NCBI RefSeq assembly: GCF_006345805.1
Contig: NC_043014.1
Location: forward strand, 23,870,001-23,934,000
Direction: 5' to 3'
Length of the DNA: 64,000 bases
Source of the DNA: Octopus sinensis
Taxonomy: Eukaryota
Of this stretch, positions 39,891 to 53,345 are shown piece by piece. Both the position numbers and the translations under genes were made by a program. Each line of letters begins with the position of its first letter. Position 1 is the stretch's first letter. The notes under the pieces are model-generated. The model was not told where the DNA came from. It ran no database searches and worked only from the letters and a program-made list of their open reading frames with translations.

Positions 39891-40199
39891 ACCAGTATAA
39901 TTTTTAAGTGATTTTGTGTTGAATAAATGCATGTTATTACATAAAATAGTTGTATAACTTGGATATGAGGCATAATTTCAAGAATATTATCAGTTTCTGG
40001 AGTTTGTTAAATAAATATTTTTGATAAAATGAAAATTCTTTAATATACCAGTATAATTTTTTTTTTAAATGAAGAAGTCATTTTGTTGGTATGGCTACTT
40101 GGAATGCTATAAGCCTAACAATAACTATGTGACTGCTGCTATTTCTAGCACACTAAACAAGATAGTTTTTATCAAGCTTTTATTTATATATTATATGCG

Positions 40200-41240
40200 A
40201 CTGAAAAAGAAAATTTAGCAGCAAATGCACAATGGCAGAGCGAAAGGTGGGCAGCTGAATCAGGTGAAACCAGGGAAAAGCAACTGAAACAGATGTCTGA
40301 ATATGTACAGAGTTGTAGACATGATTCTGTTTCCTCTACACATGACCGACTGGTTAGGGTATCTTCAGAGGAGAATATTCTACTTCAAACTAAAGGTATC
40401 AGATCACAAATTGTTGATGCAACACTAAAGAGGTCTTTTCTTTGCAATCATGTGGAAGTAGTGGATTTGACAACCAATCTAAGACTTCTTACAGAAGGTC
40501 ATTCTGATGAAAGAGAGTTTGCTAATTACCTTCTTGATGTAGGAAATGGCAACATTTCTGTTGAACAAAACCTAGGTGGATTCAAAATCAAACTACCCAA
40601 TGACCTTTGTCTTGAAAGTGGAACTCTTTCAGATCTATGTGATTTTGTATATGCTGACCTCAAAAATAACTTCACAAACCCTGTGTGGCCAGCAAATAGA
40701 ATCATTGTTACTCCTACAAATGAAGCAGCACAATTTGTAGATGATTCTCTGTTGACCAGGATCCCTGGGTAGCTAAAAACATACAGAAGCTCAGATACAG
40801 CTGATAATGAAACTCTGTACCCAATCAAGTTTATCAACAAAGTTTATCAGAGTTTCTACCATACATTCTCAAAATGAAGAAAAAATGATGCATAATGTGT
40901 CTGAGAAATTTAGATGCTACTAATGGACATAGCAATGGCACATGCAACATCATTGTCAGTTTACATGATCATGTTATTGAGGCCAAGGTTGCTTCTGGTC
41001 CTTATGCAGGATCAACTCTGCTAATCCCAAGAATACCATACATATCTCAAGAAATGGAATTTCCATTCACATTTATATGCAAACTATTTCCTTGGAATAT
41101 ATCTTCCGACAGAATTCTTCTCACATGGTCGGCTGTATGTTGCATTATCTAGAGTTTGAAAGAAGGCTAATGTAAAAATATTGTCTGAGAGAAATGGAAA
41201 CAGTATGATTACTGACAATTACTACTTTAAAGCAAAATAC
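40200..41240 (+). mobile_element. Internally deleted Helitron RepHel remnant (N-terminal charged repeat fused to PIF1-like helicase C-half)
   Basis: ETREKQLKQMSEY-like segment followed by RSQIVDATLKRS, LTTNLRL, FANYLLDVGNG, IVTPTN, LRNLDATNGHSNGT, LIPRI and FSHGRLYVALSRV. Confidence 0.85.
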
Positions 41241-41469
41241 GCTTCTTAGCAAGTTTCAGTAAATAGAATTAACACAAATTATATGTAAAGTAACATATAT
41301 TTATGTGGAATAAAATTGTTTTGGCATATTTCAACACATGCCAAATGAATGATATCGTTATATTAGATCATTTTAAATTTGGGTATATTTGAAAAAGTAA
41401 AGAAACACCATTCCCATGTATTCTCACAGCACCAGACTTTTGTGTGTGTGTATCCCTCCATCCATTAAG

Positions 41470-41504
41470 CTATCTATCTATCTATCTGTCTATCTATCTA
41501 TCTA

Positions 41505-41565
<61 letters not shown>

Positions 41566-41586
41566 GTCTATCTATTTATCTATCTA
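41470..41586. repeat. (TCTA)n microsatellite
   Basis: Direct inspection. Confidence 0.95.
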
Positions 41587-41724
41587 ACTATGCACACCTA
41601 TGCAAGTTCTACCAATTATTAATGATATATATAAATATATATAACAGATTGACTCTTTAAAAAAGAGAGATTATGACTGTGATAAAGTAATAAAAGCAAT
41701 ATTTACTAAGCAAGTAAATAATTG

Positions 41725-42030
41725 TGGAGGCACATGGCCTAGTGGTTAGAGCAGCAGACTCACGGTCAAGGGATCGCAGGTTTGAATCTTAGACTGGGTG
41801 ATGTGTGTGTTTAAGAGTGAAACACCTAAGCTCCATGCAGCTCAAGCAGAAGATAATGGCGAACTTCTGCTGACACTTTCGTCACAACTTTCTCTCACTC
41901 TTTCCTCCTGCATCTTGCAGCTCACCTGCAGCGGACCAGTGTCCCATCCAGGTGGGGAACCTATACGCCAAAGAAACCGGGAAACTGGCCCCAATGAGCC
42001 AGACATGGTTCAAGAAGGAACAAACAAGTA
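41725..42030 (+). mobile_element. tRNA-derived SINE, second family
   Basis: Head tggcctagtggttagagc...ggtttgaatc has A/B boxes and is followed by a non-tRNA body. Confidence 0.7.
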
Positions 42031-42558
42031 AATAATCTACCTATATAAAAGGGGAAAAAAACATGACACTTTGGCTTTGGTAAGGATTCAATGGCACTAG
42101 ACGTGCTAGGATCGAGCTGAAAATTGACAGGGATACTAAATGTGTGGTGATGATCCGACCTGCGATGGTTAAAACTCGCGAGCTATAAAGATGTGGTTGC
42201 TATGGCAAAGAGGGTGAAAATTGACAAGTGTTTGTTTTTTCTCTCTAATGGTTATCACCCTTTCTTCTTCCATCTCTCTCTTTCCTCCTTCCCTCCTCTT
42301 TATCTCTATAACGGCTTTTCACAGCTTCTACTCACTCTCTTTCCCTCCCCGTATTCGCTGTTTCTCTGTCGCCCTCTCTACCCCAGCCTCTCTCTCTCTC
42401 TCTGACAAACTTTTCTAATGGAATCTCCCTGCTGACATACATAACCCCTCTCTCCTTTTCTTTGTTACTCACATTTTCACTGTAACAAGTGAATAACAAA
42501 ATTTCAGTTAACTCTCTCGCCCATATCGCACACCCCATCAAACATACACACACACACG

Positions 42559-42643
<85 letters not shown>

Positions 42644-42920
42644 TCTCTCTCTCTCTCTCTTTCTTCCTCCCTTACACTCACATAGCTTGACAAGTACGGA
42701 AGAGATCAATCACTTCATGACTTCAAAAGATCCGCTTTCCACCCCTCCAGAGATATAAATACAAACCATCTCGTGCTGACTGCAAAGATCCGCCAAATTA
42801 GCCAGAAACACACACACACATCCACACACGCATACACACACGCGCGCACGTCCATTTCATATATCTTTCAATTTCTGCTCTCTCATTACTCAGATGTCTA
42901 ATACAATAGCTCTAACTTAC

Positions 42921-43998
42921 TGTTGCGGAACCCCGAAAGTTGTTACGGAATTCCACCTGCCGTCGCTCAAACTCGAACCCGGGATCCCAACAAGTCGAGC
43001 GACGACGATTGACCAGGCTCGATCGATCGGCGAATTCGCCACGGAACTCAGAGAGGAGAGAGACAACAACAACAACAACAGCAGCAGGAAGAGACACAGA
43101 GGCAATCGGCTTACATTTAACCTACTAGTTTATATGACTATTACAACAAATACAATGTGATACATCAGGTAAATCAAGGTAAGTACAAGCAACAGAATCA
43201 ACAGCATGCAGATGCAATATAACAACAGCATTTAAAGAAAATAACAAAGAAACAGGTATACAACAGATCGAAGCATTTAAACATGCAGATACAATATACA
43301 CGTCGAATCAAACAAATCAATACATTATACAATGTTCATAGACAAATAATTCACGTTACAATTAACGTACACATTAACGATACAGTTCATAGTTCTTTTC
43401 TTGTCTTTTTCCTTCTTTTTTGTAACACGTATCAATACAATTCACATTGTTCCTTATGACACATCAACAAGTCCTTTACTCACTTCTGTAACAGTTCGTT
43501 ATAATCTCTTTACATAATTCACATATCAACATACAATTAAACACATACCGTACAACAGCCAATGCCTCACACTGTAGTCCATCTCTATTAGCTGTTTAAT
43601 CCTATGTGTACATCCTCCTCAACCCCTCATCCTCTCACTGTCTCCTGTCGTTCTCAACACTGTCCTGTCACTACCTCGCCTGTCATCTCTCATGACTGTG
43701 TGTCTGTCTTTCTCTGCGCTTCCTTCTGGCATGTTACTACCCCAATCTCTCGGCTGGAACTGTCAACTGCCTTTTCATCTCTCACAGCAGAAACAACTTG
43801 CTCTGTCCTCGGCTTCCGGCCGACTGTGTTTACAGCTCAAAGTTCCTCCTTTTAAGGGGTGTTTACAACGAACTTTCCTTGACCGGCACAAGGCCAAAGG
43901 TCCCCTAAAAGCTCATTACTCCTTCGTGAATCCGACAGAACAATCGGTTTATCCCAAAGTAGGTCGCAACCAACTGTCCTTAAGTTGAACTCACAACA
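42921..43998. mobile_element. Solo LTR (1078 bp), Gypsy-like
   Basis: TGTTG...CAACA inverted termini with a perfect 4-bp target-site duplication TTAC (42917-42920 and 43999-44002). Confidence 0.75.
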
Positions 43999-44790
43999 TT
44001 ACTTTTTCTTCTCAAAAAAAGGTACGTGTCTATTTTTTCTATAAGCGTATAACAATGACTTCTCCCATACTTCTCCACTTTACTTTTGGCTGCAATTTCT
44101 ACCAGGTCTACCTACCATGTAGACATCTGAACTTCATTTTCATTCACAGATTTCACATAATCTTTTCCATAAATCAACTATCGTAAAAATTTTCTACTAT
44201 GATCTCACATTTTCTATGTATGTGTATATACCTTAAAAGACGTGATTAGACAGAGGTCCAATAGAATAGTTCTCAGAAATAGACTACGTACAAATTCTTT
44301 CTTCACAACTCCTGAAGCTGTTTTCTGCGAAGATATTTTCACTTCACTCACTCTATCTCAACCTCTTTCTCTCTCACATACACACGCGCGAGCACGCACG
44401 CCACACACACATATACACACACACGTCCATTTCACATATCTTCTTTCAATTTCTGTCATCTGCAAATAAAAATTTTATGGATAGAACTGCTTACAAAAAT
44501 AGGGATTAATGTATAATTTCTTTCTATGTTCATAATTAAATAAATGTTTTAATGATTAGACAGAGGTCCAATACAATCGCTCTCAGAAACAGACTATGTA
44601 CAAATTCTTTCTTCACAACTCCTGAAGCTGTTTTTTGATGGGGGTGGGGGAGACATTTTCATACAGCTGGAGGCTCCAATCGAAACAGGGGAGCCGAAGT
44701 GATAAGGTTGAGAAATGTTGTTACAGATTATGCCTAACTGAAAGCGATCACAGTCACATCATTCAAACAGACCGGGTGAAACCGGGCTTA

Positions 44791-45243
44791 TCTCTATATA
44801 TAAAACTGAGAATGTGTGTCTGTCTGTGCGAATCCCTAAAACTAGAGAACTACACAACCAATTTCATTCAAATTTTACACATGACCTCCTTAGGGCCCGA
44901 GCGAGCCCACAGCAGTATCATATCCACAACACTGGTTGCATACATATATACACCCATGCACACATACACACACAGACACACCCACATCACCCACACACAT
45001 ACATAAGTGCAGGTGTGGCTGTGTGGTAACTAACTTGGTTCCAAAACACATGGTCCTCAGTTCAGTCCCACTGAGTGGTAATTTGGCATGTGTTTTCTGC
45101 TATATCTGTCTGTGTGAATCCCTAAAACTTGAGAACTACACAACCGATTTCATTCAAATTTACAATGTAAAATTTTAAATTTTTTTAAATTCCAATTCTA
45201 AAGGGTCGAAACAAACCCGAGCAACGCCGGGCGATACGGGTAG
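44791..45243 (+). mobile_element. Non-autonomous Helitron containing a SINE head
   Basis: A|TCTCTATATATAAAAC start and hairpin cccgagcaacgccggg + GTAG|T end, as in 4919-5313. Confidence 0.7.
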
Positions 45244-45413
45244 TCTACCTATATAAAAGAGGGAAAAAAACTTAACACTTTGGCTTTGGTAAGGATTCAA
45301 TGGCACTAGACGTGCTAGGATCGAGCTGAAAATTGGCAGGGGTACTAAATGCGTGGTGATGATCCGACCTGCGGTGATTAAAATTTGCAAGTTATAAAGA
45401 TGTGGTTGCTATG

Positions 45414-48400
45414 TCACAGACATTCCTCCCGAAATAGATGTGGACTTTGTCACAGCAGCGATTCTCTTAGGCAAAGAGGAAAAAATTGCCATTCTTCAGT
45501 CTAAGAGATATCGCCACATGAACTGGTATGGACAAGACTTAGAGCTTGTGATCCAAGCAAACCACTCGGACTTGGAAAAATTGCCCAGCTCCCTCACCAT
45601 TGGAGATAATACCAGCATGATGGTAATAGTCGAGGAAAGAAAGCCTAGGTGTTATAAATGTGGCGAGAAAGGCCACATAAGGTCGAGCTGCAAGAAGACA
45701 GCCAAAGAAAATACTGCAGAGGCAAGCACGACGCCGAAAACAACAACTACACCGCTAGAAATAGCAGCCACGTCGCGCACCCCAATTGCCGAAGTTCAGC
45801 CGACAACGGGAGAAAACAACAACAACAACATCCAGGAGTGGGTCACCATAGAACCTTCAAAAAGAAGACGGAAACGGAAAAATCCACCCTCTTCGGATAC
45901 ACAGGACTATACTCCGAGACAGACAAGCATACCCACACCCACAAATACAGTCGCAAACACACACGTAGCCAAAAAAACACACACACACCTACCACAAGCA
46001 CACACACACCTATAAACACCCACGCTTCTACAAGCACACCCACACCCACAAACACCCCCTCCACAATCGCCTAACAAAAAAAAAGAAACACCCTCACGGC
46101 GATAAATAAAAACAATAACCCATTAAGAGAAAAAATTATTTTAATGAAATCGGCGAAAAAATATATCGTAACAGATATAAATAGTACTATTTCTGAAAAT
46201 GTCGAATTTTATACAATAGATAACGCTGATTATTTTGAAATAAAAAGATCTTTTGCGGAGGACGTCTGCCCGTTACAGATGAACTTTTCGAGCCATCTGT
46301 ACAGGCAATTCGCAAAAAAACTGACCTCGCGAAACACAACACTCACAGACAGAAAAGAGGAGGGTGAAACTACACCCTTCCATTAAAACAGTAAGTTTTA
46401 AACTTTCGACTAATTTTTCACATTCTCGTTTCAACTCGGTTGTATAAATATTCGCGGCCTGGGGTCGTATTGGAAGCATGGCTACCTCCTTAACGACCTT
46501 AGGTCGCATCGTTTGGATGTAGTGGTAATTACCGAATCCAGACTGAGTGGGCTGCAGGCCTTTACGCCCCTTCTAAACGGCTACGAGAAATACGTTTCTC
46601 CTTGTCGACCTGGAGGGGGCGGAGGAGTGGCAGTGCTGGTCAGGAAAAACCTGGATTTAGAGATTAGAACTGTCTTTATAGATCCGGAAGGCAGGTTGGT
46701 CGTTTTGGATGTGACGCACAGCAGTGGTAAAGTGTTCAGGCTGGTCGCTGTCTATGCTCCCTGCGAAGGAAAAGCCGGGCAGAAAGAGTATTTCAAAAGC
46801 CTAGAGAATTTTCTTGGCACGTCGAACACGTTAGTATTGCTAGGTGACTTCAACATAAGTAGATTATGTTGGCTCGAGAAAGAATAGGAGGGGATTACTT
46901 CACCTCAACGATATGCTAAGTCGTTTCGAATTGGCAGATAGATTCAGACTGGACCACCCAGACACTCCAGCGTGGACCTGGGCAAGAAACGACGGGTCGT
47001 CCAGATCTTACATTGATAGAATCATAACTAGAAGGAAACAACTCAACCATTCCATCCTTGACGGGCCCAAATGGTCGATTAGTAAACGAACCCGAGGAGA
47101 TGTGCAAGGTGTTTCATGATCATTTCGCCCAGCTATTCGGGAGGAGCGGCGAGCTGGAGTGCGGGGAGAAGCTCGCAGACTTCCTAGCCGGTTCGCCGCG
47201 TCTATCGTGGCCGGACGCGGAATCTTGTGAGGCGCCGATCACAGCCAAAGAAGTCGAGGATATGTTGGCAGACTGCGGCGGGGACAAATCGCCGGGACTC
47301 GATGGTCTGCCTTACGAACTCTATAGTAGCATGCCAGACTTGTTTGGGCACCTATTTGCATGCTGTACACCAACTGGCAGCAGAACGGGAGAATTCCTAA
47401 GTCTGTGAGCCGAGGGGTGGTAGCGCTGTTAAGAAAGGACCCAAACAAGGGGTATTTAATTGATAATTTTAGGCCCATCACTCTGCTTAACGCAGAGTTG
47501 AAGATTTTGGCCAAGGTTTTAGCAAAAAGGTTGGCGCGGGTCGTGGGTGAACTTGTTGGCGAGGCGCAAACTTGCGCCATCCCTGGAAGGACCATCCACA
47601 ACAATCTCCACTTTCTACGCTATGCCTTAGAAAGGGTAAATAGGATTCCTGGCAAGGGTGGGGCTATGGTCCACTTGGACCAATCGAAAGCGTTTGATAG
47701 GGTGGATCATCAGTATCTGGCGGCGGTCCTCGCGGCGGCTGGCTTCGGCCCGACCTTCCGCGGATGGATCATCGCTTTATACAGCAACATCGAATCGGTA
47801 GTTCGGGTAAATGGTTTCCTTTCGGAGCCGTTCAGCATTGAACGTTCGGTACGTCAAGGGTGTCCTCTCTCCCCGCTTCTCTACGTTTTGGCCCTCGAGC
47901 CGTTGCTGAGGAGGTTGGAAACTATGAGAGGCACTCCGCAAGATCTAGGGTGCGGAAAGTCAGCTTCGGCGTATGCGGACGACATCACCGTCATCGTTTC
48001 CTGAGTCGAGCACCTACAGTGGGTGGGTGAGGCCTTAAGGGACTACGAAGCGGTGGCAGGAGCGAAAGTCAACCGGGATAAATCGGTCGGCTTGCAACTC
48101 GGCACCTGGAGGGGCAAGTCGATGTCTTCCGACAGCGTCGTAGGACGTTGGACGGAAGGACCGGTGAAAATGCTTGGAATCTGGTTAGGTCCAGATCTCC
48201 AGATAGAGAAGAACTGGAGCGAGGTGGCGAGAAAGGTGGCTCTCCTAACTCAGACATGGTCTGAGCGGAAGCTGTCCCTGAAAGGGAGGGCGGAGGTTGC
48301 AGAGGTGTTTATCGCCTCTGTAATCACTTACCGCCTGACCGTCGTGCCTTGCCCCGATTCGTGGCTGAACAAACTGGAACGCATGCTCTTTCGCTTTTTT

Positions 48401-49490
48401 TGGAGGGGCAGCAGACCTCTTTTAAGGCGCTCTATTTTCTGCCAAAAGCCGCTGAAGGGCCCGTTAGGGATGCCGTGGCTAAAAATGCGCAGACATGCGT
48501 TCAGGCTTAGGCACCTCTGGATTTACCTGGACGGTGAGCAGGTGTGGTTTCCGTTCGTCAAGTTGTTATTTCCACAGTTCACATCGTTTAACGAACTGAA
48601 CCCATGGATCAAGTGTAGACCGAGGTTGGGCATGTGGAATGCAGAGTGCTATCAGGCACTCGTGCTTCTCTCCCAGTCGGGCAACGCCGGTGTCGGGGGT
48701 ACTACCTCGTTCTTCTATAGAGGGATAGTAGAGTTTAAGTGTGACGACGTCCTAGGAGAAACTCTGGGCTTCGACGAAAATCAACTGGCCAGCCTGTTCC
48801 AAAGAACATTCGGTCCCTGGCCTGGCAATGTTACAGAGGAGCTTTACCGGTTCGAGATAAGCTCTTTAGACATGGGTGTGCACCTTCGCCGGTTTGTGCA
48901 AGATGTGAGAGGGACAGTGAAACTGTCCTGCACGCGATTGTGCAATGCCCCAAGGTGACTGAACTCTGTGCTTATGTCGAACACCTGCTGTCGCATTCGA
49001 GAAGAGTACAACTGTCGAGCAAATCTGTAATGAAGATAGTTCCGCCGACCTCCCTGAATAGGGAGGAGCGAGCCTGTTTTCTCTCGGTAGTTGCTATGGC
49101 GAAAGAAGTAGTGTGGAAGACGAGAGTAAAAGGAATTGCAACAGGCATGTTTATCTCCAGTCTCGAGCTAATCGACTTTTTCGTTTTCCACATGAAACGG
49201 AAAATAAGGCTGGAGAAGAAATGCCTGTCGCAAAGTATGTTTCGTAAAAGATGGAAGTCTATAGCAAGTATGTTGCGAGTGAAAGAACCTGTTTAATCAA
49301 GAATGTGAAAAAGGAGAAAGCAAAGTCTTCAGTGTGAGTATGTGGTTTGTGGGGTCAACCACGTCCTCCGCTTCATTTTTTGTTATTCACTCATTATCGT
49401 TTATTCATATGTTTCGTCTAATTCGATACCCTGACCCCAACGTTTGTTTTGTCCCCTCTTTTTCTCAACCTTATGGTGAATAAAGAAATA
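45414..49490 (+). mobile_element. L1/Tx1-clade LINE, 5'-truncated and inactivated: ORF1 (CCHC knuckle) + ORF2 (APE endonuclease, RT)
   Basis: ORF1 CYKCGEKGHIRSSC. Endonuclease CINIRGL, ITESRL, VYAP, LLGDFN, SYIDRI. RT KSPGLDGLPYE, FRPITLLNAELKIL, DQSKAFDRV, RQGCPLSPLL, AYADD. Several frameshifts/stops; AATAAA at ~49479. Confidence 0.92.
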
Positions 49491-50825
49491 CACACTCTCT
49501 CTCTCTGTACGTCTGTCTGCATTTTCTCTCTGTTTCTCTTTCTCCCACCACCTTTCTCACTGTACTTCAGCCTCTATCTATAGAACGAAAGCGTGACAGT
49601 AGCAACAGTTTAAATATTCCCGTCTTTTAGAACGTTGACATATTATCGCCCACCACCATCGCACAATCATAACAGATATTATTAATCAGATATATATAGT
49701 GGGTTAATTTATATATATATATATATGTGTATATAAATATATATATAATGTGTATACATATATATCTTTACATATGGGGTTGAGGGGAAAATGGGATCTT
49801 TTGATCTTGATTGGAAGATTTGATGTGCGTGAGAGAGAGAGAGAGAGAGAGTGTGTGTGTGAGAGAGAGAGAGAATGTGTGTGTGTGTTTGATGGGGTGT
49901 GCGAGATACACACACACAAGCGGAACGCCAACTTCAAAAGAACTTCGCGCTCTATCTGTCTGGCTTTTATGATACCCTTCCCCCCAACCCACAGAAATAA
50001 TAGAATAAAAAAATTACGGAAAGTGACGATCTTATGTAAACAATCGCACGTGGTCCAGTGACTAATCATTTAGTAATATTTCTAAGTGAAAGTGATTTCA
50101 AAAATGTAAGTTGTTTGTACAATAAGTATTTATATTTTAGTTTTCTTTAAACAGACAATATTTCAATGGCTTTCAAAAATTATTTTCAATGAATACCATT
50201 ACAAAAATTCTTTTTGGCGTAAATATTTCGTAAAAGACCTGTTCGTAACCTCAGTGTGAAATTTTTTTGCATAGGTTTTTTTTCCGAGTGCATTCAACGT
50301 ATCTCACTTCCAAATAATTGGCTGCTATTTCTAGCACGCCCCGCTACCACGTAACCGCTATTTGCGATAAAGGACCCGAAATACCTATTATGTGGTAGCA
50401 GGGCGTGCAAGAAATAGCTGCTAAATCTTTCCTTTTCTGGGGAAAGGAGCTGCTTACTCGTGGTTTCTAAGTCACAATCGTTGAAAGCATGCAAAATAAT
50501 CTGGAAAAAGAAGAAAAAAACCTACGAAACAAAACTCTGTTGCTGGGAAACTCAGACTTTTCCGGTGACACAACGGGTTACGAGTAGTCTATATATAAAG
50601 CTGAAGTTGTCTGTGTATGGCAGGGTTGGTAGCCTTCAACTAACACTATCTCCTCCGAGACCCTGCGGCGCAAGTTGACCAAAATTGAGAGTATGATAGA
50701 AGGCTTGCTCTTCCTTCCGTAGAAGAAAAAATTCAAATCGGACCATGTTAACACCAAAAATTATTTACATCAAAAAGGCAGTGGCCCGGGAACAAAATTT
50801 GCTTAGGGGGTGCAAACTCAGTTCT

Positions 50826-52350
50826 AAAATTTGGCACTACTGGAGAAGTATGGGTCCGAGTTCTGGGAGTGTGCATGTCACAAATTTGCGCATGCGAGCG
50901 CGTTTAGTCGTAAGTAATCGATTTTAGCATACAGGTAAACAACGAGACGCGCGCTACTTGCTGTAAATGGAGGGTGGGTTATCCATCTAATACAAGAAGA
51001 AAATTGCAGATAAATTTAATAAAAACATGAAAAATAACAAAATGATATTTCATTGAAAAGTAAAACATTCTGAAAGATAGTTCAGAATGTTTTCAAAACA
51101 TTCATCTCCAGCTTTTCCCATATTTTATTAAGGGTTAGGGGTTAGGGTTAGGGTATCTTTTCCTTTTGAACGGCATATGTCAACACAATTTCTAGTTAAC
51201 TAAACACTTTTAAACTTCGTATACTGGTAGAATGTGTTTATAAAACATCATTTTTCTTGGCTTTATTGAAAAAATTTTATAGTTTGTAAGATATTTCCAC
51301 TTTAAAATCGAGCATTTCGGCAATTTTAACCAATCGCTCAACTCCATTTGGGGTGAAAACATTCCGTGCTGTATGAATATGTCTCCCCTTTAAGAAACAG
51401 ATTGGGTTTATTTACATTTGCGAAGAAAAAAAGATACCCTTCCCCCACCCCTAACTCTAACCCTAAAACAGATTGAAATGCAATAGATCGATACTAGGGT
51501 TATAATTATGGGTGACAATTTCATACGACACCGCTACGGAAAATGGGATTTTTTTCTAGCGGTGTCAAATGAAAATGTCACCCATAATTATAACTCTAGT
51601 ATCGATCTATTGTATTTTAATCTGTTTTAGGGTTAGGGTTAGTTAGAGTTAGGGTTAGGGGTTGGGGAAGGGTATCTTTTTTTTCTTCGCAAATGTAAAT
51701 AAACCCAATCTGTTTCTTAAAGGAGGGACATATTCATACAGCACGGAATGTTATTTACCTAAATGGACGTCAGCGATTGGTTAAAATTGCCGAAATGCTC
51801 GATTTTAAAGTGGAAATATCTTACAAACTATAGAAATTTCTCAATAAAGCCAAGAAAAAATTATGTTTTATAAACACATTCTACCAGTATACGAAGTTTA
51901 AAAGTGTTTAGTTAACTAGAAATTGTGTTGAAACTGCCGTTTAAAAGGAAAAGATCCGGGTTAGGGTTTAGGGTTAGGTTGAGAGTTAGAGTTTAGGGGT
52001 TTTTTTTTGTTTTTATGACCGGGTCAAACGCTTAAGTTTGATCGTCTAGGGTTAGGGGAGATGAATGTTTTTTTCGGTATTCAATGATTATTTTTCACTT
52101 TTATGTTCAATTTATCTGCAATTTTCTTTTTGTATTACATGGATGACCCCGCTCCATTTACAAGTAGCGCGCGTCCGTGCGCTTCGTTGTTTACCTCTGT
52201 GTTAAAATCAACTAGTAGCGCACATCCGCGCGTCTCGTCGTTTGCCATGTGTGCTAAATTCGACTACTTACAACTAACGCTCGCACGCGCAAATTTGTGA
52301 CATGCGCATTCTCAGAACTCAGGTCCACACTTCTGTAGTACCCAAATTTT
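50826..52350. mobile_element. Fold-back element with TTAGGG-rich spacer, host of MITE copy 2
   Basis: 50826-51060 is an inverted match to 52080-52350 (e.g. catgtcacaaatttgcgc / gcgcaaatttgtgacatg). Confidence 0.75.
51152..51957. mobile_element. Palindromic MITE with internal telomere-type repeats, copy 2
   Basis: Highly similar to 35027-35817 and flanked on both sides by degenerate TTAGGG repeats. Confidence 0.85.
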
Positions 52351-52498
52351 TTACAAACAAGATGAAGTTTTCTAATTTCGGTATCAAAACAAACAAATGT
52401 TCAATAATAATAACTTTTATTATTATGAGGAATCGACTGGAAAATTAACAGGCTGACCAAATGGAATGTGACCAAATGAAGTTCATCTTTAAATATTA

Positions 52499-52871
52499 GA
52501 ATCTTTTCTGTTTGATTTCACCTTTAGAAATTTTAAAATTAAGCGAAAATTTTCAAATTTGATGCATTGGTGTAATTTTTCGCGTTGAATCTGATGCTAT
52601 TCACTTATTCCAGAAAAACTTTAGAAAACTGTGACAGAGGTTTAAAGTTTGATCATTTTTCCCTCAATCAGAGAACAGGATGTGGAAGCTGGCATTTTGT
52701 ACAAGGTGACAACATTACAATGTTAAAACATTCAACGATGGAAGTTTTAATAAATTTGTGTGAAATGTTGGATAAACATACTGTTGGTTTAGTTCATGTG
52801 AACAATTCACATTTTTGAAATTGGAACAAAATTGAGGCAATTGAAAAGTGAAAATCAAACAGAAAAGATCA
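52499..52871. mobile_element. Small MITE with related termini
   Basis: atcttttctgtttga ... tcaaacagaaaagat inverted termini resemble the GGATCTTTTCCTTTTGA ends of the larger MITE. Confidence 0.6.
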
Positions 52872-52874
52872 TCT

Positions 52875-53345
52875 ACATACTTCTTTCAGGGATTCATAGC
52901 ATCGATTGCCTTGGAAAAGAAGCTATCCTCTTAGTTAAACAAGTTTTCAACAGCTGATAAGACATCATCACTATGATATTGGTTCCTAACCGAGTATTTT
53001 TTTTATATATATGTAGGGGATATAGATAATAAGATGAGGTCAAATCACTAAAGTAGGGAGGGTGGTTTAGCAGTTCAAAGCCAATCACAAACAGCAGCCA
53101 TCGAAACCAATTACTTGTGCACTGGAGTATTTGTTTCGATGAAAGAAAAACATACTCCACAGTTTTCCTTGCGGTTGGCCTTGATAGCCTTTCGCAACTG
53201 CCTTAGAAAGGTGGCACAGTTACAGCACTCTCCATTGATGGTGAGAGCCTTTTGAGAGTAGTTAATAAACACGATGCTTTTTGCAATCCAAAATACTGAG
53301 GCCATCACCTTCCCTGCAGATTAAACGACCTTGATGACCTTCTTT
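52875..53345 (-). pseudogene. Mariner transposase remnant
   Basis: KVMASVFW...IVFINY...TINGE...LRQLRKAIK and GFELLNHPPYFSDLTSSYY (decayed YSPDLAPSDY). Confidence 0.8.

Noticed and set aside
41728-41800. tRNA gene
   Set aside because: A/B boxes are present, but the acceptor stem is poor and it continues into a SINE body.
51131-52040. True telomere or chromosome-fusion site
   Set aside because: TTAGGG tracts are short, degenerate and internal to palindromic transposons.
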